This document shows, in pieces, positions 13,910 through 24,900 of a stretch of DNA of 64,000 nt. The notes below the pieces were generated by a model that saw nothing but the letters and a program-made list of their open reading frames with translations, searched no databases and was not told the origin of the DNA. The stretch lies in NCBI GenBank assembly GCA_964016885.1, contig OZ024747.1:42532001-42596000 (forward strand), given 5' to 3'. Origin of the DNA: Eledone cirrhosa (lineage: Eukaryota). Position 1 is the stretch's first letter. Every line of letters begins with the position of its first letter. A program made the translations under genes and the position numbers.

Positions 13910-14090
13910 TGGCAGTATTGGTAGAGGGTCGGACGCCATGCTTTGACGTATAGAGTTATGGTCCTTGCCATTCTGAGTTCAAATCCCGTCGAGGTTAACT
14001 TTGCCTTTCATCCTTATGGGGTCGATAAAATAAAGTACCAGTAATGCACTGGGTAATTGCTGGCCTTGTGCCTAACGTAGAAACAATTAT
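13910..14090 (+). mobile_element. tRNA-derived SINE, same family
   Basis: Near-identical to 13241-13431, inverted. Further copies at ~15666-15824(+), 26310-26487(+), 30335-30440(+), 33565-33780(-), 34217-34402(-), 39428-39508(+), 46770-46953(-); older relatives at ~195-375, 41515-41935, 42010-42190. Confidence 0.88.
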
Positions 14091-14289
14091 ATTGAATAAA
14101 TAACTACCAGTTTGATCATTTTTAAGAAGGATTTTTCATATATCCTTACTAGTTCTTTGCGCTTAGTTTGGAATACCAGCATTTCTAAATTCACAGCTTC
14201 ATCTTCAGAATCAGAATAGTAATACTAGTGGTGTATTGGTTATGTGTTTAGTTGTGGTTGTCAAGGATCTAATTCTAAAGTCTTGAACC

Positions 14290-14540
14290 GGGGGGCTCAT
14301 CAGGCTGGTGCTTATCATGGTTTCCATGGCGCGAAGTGACAGGGAGTACAAGACTCCCCTTCTGGACAGGACACCAATCCATCGCAGGGCTAAACCCCCA
14401 TTGCTGGTACTAATTTTCAGCTGAGCAATGTGGAATGAAGTGTTTTGCACAAGAACACAACAAAGAACCCAGTCCAAGAATCGAAGCCACGAAGTTATGA
14501 TTGTAAGTCCAACACACTTACCACTAGGCCACACACCTCC
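14290..14540 (-). mobile_element. tRNA-derived CORE-type SINE
   Basis: TGGCCTAGTGG A box, B-box-like, GTGTTCTTGTGCAAAACACTT CORE-like segment. Relatives at ~27300-27440(+) and 49440-49558(-). Confidence 0.75.
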
Positions 14541-16444
14541 ATAGGGTCATAGGAGTGGTATAAAATCATGGATGCCTGATTTTATGAATTCTCGGTAGTT
14601 GAAGCATGACAGTTATTATAATTCGATTCACATATGCTGTAGCTGGGTGTTGATCTTTGATTTATATGTATGTAGGGAGGGTGGTTAAATCAAATGGTTG
14701 ATGTCTAAGAATAAATGTAAAAGTAATTTATGATTTCTCTCAAAACTGAAGCACTATTATAAATATGACCTTTGACATTTTGGTCAGTATTGATCAAATG
14801 AAATCTAATATGGCTACCTTTGATGCACAATATTTGTGAACTAAAGAATGATTTAAGCCATTGTGAACTTCATTTGAAAAGATAAAAGAGAAATACTGTG
14901 AATTACAATTTTATTACTGATGTAATTTAAAGATTTGTCAATTAAATAGCATCATACAGACCATACAGTATGTGTGAATGTGTGTGTATGTATATATATA
15001 TATATAGTCATCTAGAACACATGGCATTTTGAGGCTGTTTGCTTGCGAACAAATCGAATATTAATAATATTATAATAATAATATTATTATTTACTCAAAA
15101 ATGCATTTATGTATCTGCATTTCTCCTCCCCTCTTCGCTCTCACTGTACCTATCTCATGCTTTAGACTCTTTCTTTCTTCCTCCTCCCACTCTCCTTTCA
15201 ATAGGAGCTTATATCTTAACCCAACCTTTTACTACATATATAGTATCCAGCTGTTTACAAGCTACCCTGCTGGTCCCTAAGAAAACTAGGTGTAAAAGAA
15301 TGGCTTATGAGAGCAGTTGAAACCATGTTCAGAGGAGCTGTTCGTAAATAGAAATAAGTTTACTGAGAAATATGAATAGGATGGAAAAATTCCAGGGAGC
15401 TACTACCTCAGTTGGCAAGAAAAGACTTCTTTCTACAAACAAAAAGTCAGCTGTATGATGCCTGCATGCAATATTGGATGACAGTGAGATATGGGCAGTG
15501 AATGCAGAGGATATGTGAAGGTAAAAGAGAAATGAAGCAAGTATGCTTCAATGGATGAACAATGCATGAACAACAAAGCAAGGTGGTAGTTCCTAAGAGT
15601 TTTGTTGGTTATATGTGAGTTCCATTCCAATTACATAATGTAGTGTAGTTACTGCAGATTATTAAGGTCGGACGCCATGTTTTCCAGCATAGCTACGTTC
15701 CTTTACGATCTGAGTTCAAATCCCGCCAAGGTTGACTTTGCCTTTCATCCTTATGGGGTCGATAAAATAAAGTACCAGTAATGCACTGGGTAATTGCTGG
15801 CCTTGTGCCTAAAGTAGAAACAATGTAATATGACAGCTGCAGCCCGATGACATATGTCACCCTCCATAACAGTAATTGATGCAGGTAAGTGATTGTTTTA
15901 CCAGGTGAGTTAAGAAATAGTTTAGAAGGACTTTAACTCTTCCTTTTGTTTGTGCTTGGCTTTGGTTTAATATGGATGTATTTATATTCAAGTTAATGCA
16001 ATTGACGGTTGTAGTTACACACACACACACAAATAATGCATTTATACAAATAAACACATGTACACACATATACACACACACACATGTACACACATATACA
16101 CAAATACATGCAAAAACATATGCAGTCATACACATATACTCACATATCATAGAAATACAGGTAAATGAATACACATATATGCAGATACATAGAGAAAGAC
16201 ACAAATACACAAACAGGAGGAACAATGAGATTTGTAAGAAGACTGTTTCTAGTGACAATGGCAGAATAATTGTGTTAAAAGAAGTGAAGAACACCATGGA
16301 AGAAATGGTGAACATCTGAAACAATGAATGATTGTAGAAAACAAGAGAAAAAAATGGTGGAGAGATTTGAATAAATCTTGATGAAGGAAGTTGAGAAGAT
16401 GAAAGAAGAAAATTATTTCTGTCAAAATACATCTTCTGTGTCTG

Positions 16445-16449
<5 letters not shown>

Positions 16450-16501
<52 letters not shown>

Positions 16502-16530
16502 ACCACCACCACCACCATCACCATCATCAT
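16450..16530. repeat. Compound microsatellite (CA)n(CAC)n(CAT)n; one example of many
   Basis: Others: (AG)n 11948-12005; (TA)n ~17125-17296, 18928-18975, 20560-20625, 20936-21092, 63570-63630; (TG)n 42630-42680; (CAT)n-like 42770-42905. Confidence 0.95.
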
Positions 16531-17112
16531 CCTTTTATATTCACTTTTCCATGCTTGCATGAGTTCAACGCGCGCGCGCGCGTGCATGCATGCATGTGTA
16601 CACACACACAACAAATTTAATATAGGAATGGCTTCTACAGGACTAGAACTGTTTCCTTCAAAGGAAATCATCAGGAAAGTCCACAATGTCCTGATTATTT
16701 CTTTCAAAGGAAATAGTTCTAATCCTGTAGAAGCCATTTCTATATTAAATTTGTTATATATATCACCATCATTATGATCAATGTCAATTCTCCATGATGG
16801 ACAAACCATGCCATGTGATTTGTTAACCTGACATACATTCCATATTTTGGTGTGATATTATGGCTGGGTGATGTTCCTAAACCCAAACCACTCTACAAAG
16901 TGTACTAGGTGCATTTTATTGAAATACCAATGCTAGAGAAGTTGTCAAATCCTTGATAGGATCAAAGGGTCCTCTTTACATTATATTGTCTCAGTCTGTT
17001 CACCTACCACCCTACAGTGGTACTGGATTCTATATATATATATATATATATGCTGAACACATAAGCTGAAAGTGCCATAGTTGGATTTTACATATCTCTC
17101 TTTCTCTTTGCT

Positions 17113-17170
<58 letters not shown>

Positions 17171-17213
17171 CAAAAGGGATTTTTATAAATATAGTTTCAT
17201 TTATTAATATCAT

Positions 17214-17305
<92 letters not shown>

Positions 17306-17899
17306 AATCTCACTGAGGTTGACTTTAACCTTTTTCTTTCTTTCACAGTTGATAAATAAAGTAAAAGCCAAGTACTGGGGGTGAATCTTCTCTTTTTTAA
17401 TTTTCATTATATTTGTTACTGTTTAGTCAGAGAGGGAAAGGCAATGCTTATGACCCAATTTAGGACCCCTGAGACAGGTAGAAAGGGGAGAGGGAGGTAT
17501 CCACAAACTGGACACCTGGCCTGAATGCTTGCAACAATGTGGACTCAGCTAAAGGCAACTAAGGGCCAGGTCGTGGTAAAATGCTAGGTGATAGATTAAT
17601 TCAACCACCCAAATAGGCCACAATAGGATTTGAACTGTGCCATAACAAATAATGCAAGGCACCTTTTCTGACATGTGAAAAATATCACCAATTCACAACA
17701 CCACTTTATATTGCATTTTATCAATCCAGAAAAAGATGAAAGGCGAATCTGACCTCATGATGCCAGGAGCTGAAACAAGGCATTTTGTCTAATGACACTG
17801 CTAACATTGTTTTTGAAACACCTACCTCCACTAATTAAGTCACCTAGGTAACAAAAGCTATCAGTCACTTCTAGGGAGCCTTCAAATTATCTCACATGT

Positions 17900-18690
17900 A
17901 ATTTTCCTGCTAACTCTTCCTGTGCATCTGCCACATATGAATTCCACTTTCTTTGTCAGCTGGCCTGTGACCACACTAAACATTTTACAACAGTTACACC
18001 ATACAAAATTCTTAATTACTATATTACTAATTTTTTAGACCATTAAACTACAGTGTGGAACCATGTCAAAAGTCTTCTACAGGTAGACAAAATCCAGGTA
18101 AAGTAGCTTATTCCTAGCGAAGTACTTCTCTAGAAGAGGCTATTGGTAATACTCAGTTCAGATATAAAGATAAACTATATCTCATCTAAGCTAATTCTCT
18201 TTCTAATCAGTTGTGCTATAACTCTTTCAGTAACTTTTATAACCTGATCCATTAATGTGATAATTCTGTAGTTGTCTCTATCTACAGCATCACTATTGCC
18301 ATTGAAGCAATTGATGATGATACTGCTACACAAATTATTGAGTATGGTACTAGTTCCTATACTGCCTGATTGACTGTGGGAATGACTAGCAAATGACCTA
18401 CTTCACCAGATATTTTAAGCATCTCAGCAACCATCCTTGATGGTCCAGTACCATTCTCTGACTTCATATTCTTAATTGCACTTTCAACTATACAGCTGTC
18501 AACGTTAATGGCTACTCTCTCTCTCATATATTCTCTTCAACCAGCAACATCTTATAATACCATTTCTATGCTTATTTCCATTTTTGCATCAGTGAATGCA
18601 AGTGCATAAGTACCATTCTGTAGACATATTTCCTTGATGGTATCATGATTCTCTCTAATACACATCCTTGCTATTATCATTTAATGATGA
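17900..18690 (-). mobile_element. Old RTE RT fragment
   Basis: Antisense remnants of GPSRMVAEMLK, NYRIITLMDQVIKV, KYFARNKLLYLDFVYL.KTFD. Confidence 0.75.
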
Positions 18691-18924
18691 TGATGATGAT
18701 AACAAGGGTGTGTACTAGAGAAAATCAAGATGTTAATTTATAGTACCTGCCTATATATATATATATATATATATACAATATGTTGAAAAGGTAACACCAG
18801 AGAGAGATATACAGTGCGCTATCAATAAAACAGGGAAAAAACCCACCAGTGTATGGAATCTATAACCTATGAAAGGCAGACTATAGACAGGGAATAGCGA
18901 GGGCCTATGCCTCCGTTAATTTAT

Positions 18925-18978
<54 letters not shown>

Positions 18979-19126
18979 TCATCATCATCTTCATTTAATG
19001 TCGATCTTCCACGCTAGCATATACATGTATAGCATCTGTGGTGCTGAGACCACTAATCAAGGGAGTACTCAATGCATGGGGAGAAGCAGAACGGGTATAG
19101 AGGTATGTAAAATAGGATTTTACATA

Positions 19127-19158
<32 letters not shown>

Positions 19159-19290
19159 AGGATTAGAATACTGGAGCGTGTTTGAGTCAAACACCCTCTT
19201 CGTATTATAGAAATGACAGTATATATATATATATATATATACTCATGCTTAAGTATCAAGTGATGGCGTTACTCAAAATCGAGTGGCAGA

Positions 19291-19366
<76 letters not shown>

Positions 19367-19714
19367 TCTGCAACTTGATTTTGAGTAACGTCAACATTTG
19401 ATACTTAAGCATCAGCATCAAGGATGTGACTTTTTAGTCCTGCTAGGGACTTGCCTATGGCCAGCAAAATTCTAACAACATTGAGCCATTAGAGTTCACA
19501 TTTCCTACTCCATGTTTGCCAACTACTGATAGCCTTGACTTGCAATCTTTTCTAACACATGCATTGAACTGTTGTTTGCGGGTATTGGGCCTCAGGCAGG
19601 AGTGTGTATATATATACAGTTGTAGGTACAAATGAAAGATAAGTGCAGTCAACACAATGTGTAAGTTCAGTACTGTTGGAGTTAATGTTAAGCTGTTTAT
19701 ATAAATATATATAA

Positions 19715-20420
19715 TTATCATCATTTTACGCCCGCTTTTCCTGCTTGCAAGGGTGGGACGGGTCCTATTCAGCACAGCATCTCTCTATTTGTCACTGTTC
19801 TTCGTCATCTCCACCGTGAGCTTCAGCCATCTGTAGTCAGCTCTCACCACCTCCGCTCATGATTTTCGTGGTCTTCCTCTATTGCGTCTTCCTTCCACTG
19901 GGATTTCTTGGCACTTCTTTACCCAGCGGTCATACTCCATGCGCATCACATGTCTATACTAATGCAGTCTTCTCTCCCACACACTACAGTTTATCCCTCT
20001 TATACACAGTTTCACTATCAACTCGTTTATGCTTGATCATTCACACACATTGACATTGCACATTCATTGGAGAATGCTTGCTTCATTTCTCTCCAGCTGT
20101 CGCATATCCTCTGAAGTCGCTGCCCATGTCTCACTACCATGCAGCATCGCATATCTCACACAAGCAACATATAACCGGCCTTTCATTCGTAGCGAGAAAC
20201 CCTTCTTTGTCAACAGAGGAAGCAGCTCCCTAAACTTCTTCCAACCTGTTCTTATTCTAGATACTATGCCCTCGGAGCACCCTCCCCCCTTGTTAATCTG
20301 ATCACCTAGGTATCGGAAGCTACCAACCACCTCTATAGATCCTACCTGCATTTGAAAAATGTGTCTATCAATCACTGCAGCTTCTACTGTCAAATTTCCC
20401 TGTACATCTACTGCATATGT
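19715..20420 (-). mobile_element. 5'-truncated RTE LINE, same subfamily as 50445-51955
   Basis: FRYLGD...RTGWKKFRELLPLL...YAMLHGSETW; ATC-repeat tail. Confidence 0.9.
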
Positions 20421-20431
20421 ATATATATACC

Positions 20432-20467
<36 letters not shown>

Positions 20468-20557
20468 CACACACACATATATATGTATATATATATACAC
20501 ACACATATATATACACATACACACATGTCTATATATATACACTTATATATACACACA

Positions 20558-20623
<66 letters not shown>

Positions 20624-20800
20624 ATACATACATATATACACACACGCTTTTCTAAAAAAAAAAATGAATCATACACAAAACGCCAGCATCAACAGTTTTC
20701 CAAGAGATGTCAACATGAATGGACCTGCTATTTTTATCTAAAGACATGTTTTCCAATTCCAACCTGCCTGTCCCTTCAATCTATCTTATTTCTCATTCTT

Positions 20801-20836
20801 TCTTCTGATGAAGGACTAGCGTCCGAAACGTTAAGA
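20801..20836 (+). ncRNA. Minimal type I hammerhead ribozyme motif (Penelope LTR type)
   Basis: tctt-CTGATGA-a-GGAC tagc GTCC-GAAA-cg-TT-aaga: stems I and II pair, stem III is palindromic. Confidence 0.7.
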
Positions 20837-20946
20837 CCCTCTTCCTGCTATTTCAAGCGTTAACCTAATATATCCCTTCCACATACTGTACCGATTGCGT
20901 TGTTATTTCTGTTTACCTTTTACACACACACACACATATATATATG

Positions 20947-21094
<148 letters not shown>

Positions 21095-21178
21095 TATATC
21101 CTAGGTTTCCTGATGATTTCTCTCGAATGAAACAGTTCTAGTCCTGTAGAAGCCATTTCTATATTAAATATATATATA

Positions 21179-21497
21179 TCATCATCATTTTACGTCCGCT
21201 TTTCCCTGCTTGCAAGGGTGGGACGGGAACTGATTCTGGCTTGATTTCTACAGCTGGATGCCCTTCCTAACATCAACCTCATTTTACAGTGAGTGCTGGG
21301 TGTTTTTTTGTCGTGGCACTTCCACGACCACTTTGTAGTGGAATGATAGGGACCCAAGTCCCTATCATCTCATTTCTACAGCTGAGTAAACTGGAGCAAT
21401 GTGAAATAAAGTGTCTTGCTCAAGGAAACAACACATCACCCAGTCTGAGAATTGAACTCACAACCTTTCGATTGCAAGGCCAATGCTCTAACCACTA
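21179..21497 (-). mobile_element. Composite SINE: tRNA/CORE head + RTE 3' tail (second, partial copy at 60373-60602)
   Basis: TAGTGGTTAGAGCATTGG..GAGTTCAATTC head, CORE segment, then sequence matching the RTE 3' UTR and a (GAT)n end. Confidence 0.78.
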
Positions 21498-21587
21498 TAT
21501 ATATATATATTATTTATTTATATATATATATATATATTATTCAAAATATTAACAAATGAAGGATATTCACATAATCAAAATATATGC

Positions 21588-21650
21588 TTTATTATATATA
21601 TTTCAAAGGTACTGTGTTGTTTTTTCAGTACGTCTTCATCAGATAAAATA
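21588..21650 (-). ncRNA. Type I hammerhead ribozyme motif, same family as 62901
   Basis: tttat-CTGATGA-agacgtactg..cagtaccttt-GAAA-tatata-TA-ataaa. Confidence 0.68.
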
Positions 21651-21834
21651 TATGATTTGATATATGACATACCACTACGGTCTTGATTATACAATTCCAG
21701 TATTGGCAGTGATTTATTTCATCAAATCTCAATGTTTATATACCACAAATAATAACATGATAAACTTAAAGAAGAAAAGAACGTAGAGCAAATTAAAGAT
21801 ATATACACACACACACACACACATATTATATATA

Positions 21835-21879
<45 letters not shown>

Positions 21880-23087
21880 ACATACATGATCATACATTAC
21901 ATATGAGACCTAAAACGTGAATGAACATGAAAATGTTTCAACTGTGCAAGATGTGTAAATGAAGACGTGACAATGAGGGAGTGGAAATGTTATCTTTGAT
22001 GTGTTCGTATTATTGAAAATGTATATTTTCAAACTATATATTCCATTTTCAAGCTGTTCTTCCTTCGAGAATATATAGATCTACAGGAAAGAAGGGGTAG
22101 TAAGCTTGTAAGAAAAAGAAAAAGAGCTAGTGGGTAATTGATAATGAGCCATTTCATATTGATGAAAATTGCCAATAGGAACAATTACAAGACTATGTTC
22201 ACAACAGCAGCAGTGTTTCTTTTGTTGATACATTTGAAGCTAAATTCTAAACATACCTGAGACTTGACAGAAATAGAGAAAATGTAAGATGCTCCTGATA
22301 TATTGTTTAACATCATTAAAGCATTGCAGGGTTATTATGAGAAGTCAGCTAACTTAATGAATATAAGTTGAACTATTTGACTAATGGGAAAGGACCTATT
22401 TGGATACTGGATTGTGTTGGAAATGGTAGTTAAATCTGTCTTAAGAAAAAGGAAAGACAGATAGTATATCTAAGGCAAATTATAATACATTTAAAAACAT
22501 AAAAAAGACAGAATAGTTATGACTGGTACACCCTTTGATCATGGTTAATCTGAAGCTAAGCATAAACAAGAACTACTGCATATTATATACATTATATAAC
22601 ATTGATTTTTAATTTAAGCACAAGGCAATGTTTAATAAATCAACCTCAATACTTGAATGGTACTATATTTTTTTTTTTTCAGATGGATGAAAAGCAAAGT
22701 TGACTTTGATAGGATTTGAACTCAGTATGCAAAGAGTTATGTAGATAAATAATTATGCCTCTTAACTTAAGTACAATGCTAACGCACATCTATATAAATA
22801 TGAAGGTCTGAAGAGAATCAATAGATGTTATTTCCACATAACTGGTGATGGCAACAGTGTTAGTAGCCACGATAAAAGCTTCTAGTACACACTGTAAGAT
22901 GGTTGGCATTAGAAAGGGCATCCATCCATAGAAAACCAAACCCAAACTAGAGTGTATGAGTAAGACATGGTCATCTGTCCTGTCTAGCCTCATAACATGA
23001 CAGCCTGTCTAACCCGTGCAAGCATGGAAAATATATTTTTTAAATGATGATGATATACAATAAGTGAATATAAATAATGCTACTTAC

Positions 23088-23119
23088 TTTGCTAGGTGTT
23101 GATTGTTCTTGCATTTGGC
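23088..23119 (-). CDS. SNTG1: Gamma-syntrophin-like linker microexon (GQMQEQSTPSK)
   Basis: 32 nt, TTTTCAG acceptor and GTAAGT donor. Phase 1/0 exactly bridges the flanking exons. No homology evidence. Confidence 0.7.
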
Positions 23120-24164
23120 CTGAAAATATAAAGAAAGAAACCATATGTAAAAATAGGTAGATATTCTTTATTTTGAGATTATCCTGAGTAATAAGTTAAG
23201 CCTGCCTGGTGTAAACCAACAAACATGAATCAACAAGAGCACATATATATGGTCATTTAATGAGCAAGAAAATCTAACGCTACTCTCACAATTTTATAAA
23301 AAAAAAAAAAAGGGAAGGCTAACCCCTGCTTTAACAGAAGAGATGGCTTTAAAATGCTTGTTGCTGTTGTATTTCTATCTAGATTATAACTAGCAGACAT
23401 TTCTGGAAGAATAATTACTTGGAGTTCTCAAAACTTATTTTGTCAAAGAATACTTATATGTGGTTTTCTGTGGTAGAGGATGTTAAGAGTAAAACACTAA
23501 CACTTTTAGTTGGATCAGTTTGCAGCAAAATAAGTGAATAATTTCATCTAGCCTCAGTATGTTTGGTAAGAGTCTATTCACAATGTTTACTGTTTAGCAC
23601 TGTTAAAATTCAATTAAAACAACTAGACAGCTACATTCAATACATTGATTAACAATAACATCCAATGTCAATTTGTTTTCTTCACATTCCAGTATGAACA
23701 TTTGCTGCTGTATTGTAATTAATGAATGCAGGTATTATTGAGAACTCAGTAACCTTTTCTTTGAAGTAGTGAACTTGTGTAACCTTCTTTTGTAATCAAT
23801 ACTGACATGTCATGCAATAAGATCCTGTTTGATTCTATTGAACAGATAATTGATTATAAAAAACAGAGAAAATTAATAAACTGAAATGTTAATAGAATAT
23901 GTCATTGAAGATTTTTTGAAAAATAATTAAAAAGAAATACCTCACATTTTAATTTCTTTCAGGAAGACACAAGTCAAATTTTGAAGGAAGGGAGTATAGA
24001 GTTGAATCAACTTCGTATATTACTGGTATTTCTTGAGCTGAATATAATTTCAACTATGATGCTTTTTGTCATGGTATCAACACTACCACCTTACAGGTTT
24101 TTGTCATGATAACAACAATAACTCATTACAGAATTAGGGTGTTCAGTGTATTTGGGCATGTATA

Positions 24165-24900
24165 CGAACAGCAATGTTACATGGAAGTGAAACCTAGGCG
24201 CTGTCTGTAGAAGACTTGTGCAGATTAGAAAGAAACGAAGCCTGCATGCTCCGATGGATGTGTAATAGTAATATACACGAGCGGCAAAGTATAAACGAAT
24301 TGAAAGAGAGACTGAGCATAAGAGGAATCAAATGCTGTGTGCAGGAGAGGAGATTGCGTTGATATGGACATGTGATGTGTATGAAGGATGACAGCTGCAT
24401 AAAAAGGTGCAGAGCACTAGAAGTTGATGGAAGCCATGGAGTGGGGAGACCCAAGAAGACCTGGGATGAGGTGATAAAGGCCGACCTTACCCAATTACAC
24501 CTCTCAAGAGCAATGACACACGACTGTGACCTCTGGCATCACGCAGTAATACAGAAGACCCAACCCTCCACAGGAACAAGCCGAAGCTGAAGCATATAGA
24601 CAATATGCCCCCACACCGTCTCACTGCAAAGTGGTCATAGAGGTGCCACGGCAAAAAAGCACCCAACCCACACTGTAAAGTGGACGTGTAGGTGCCACGG
24701 AAAAAAAGCACCCAGTACTCACTGTAAATGAGGTTGGTGTTAGGAAGGGCATCCAGCTGTAGAAATTAAGCCAGAATCAGTTCCTGTATGAGCAAGACAA
24801 GATCAGACGACTGGACACTGCTCACAACAGGGCAACCTGTCTAACCCATGCTAGGGTGGAAGAACGGACGTAAAACGATGATGATGATGATGATGATGAT
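24165..24900 (+). mobile_element. 5'-truncated copy of the same RTE family
   Basis: Highly similar to ~57360-58088, with a (GAT)n tail. Confidence 0.92.

Noticed and set aside
19163-19207. Hammerhead-like remnant on the minus strand (aatac-GAAGA-gggt..actc-AAAC..gtatt)
   Set aside because: Core nucleotides are missing; at best a dead copy.
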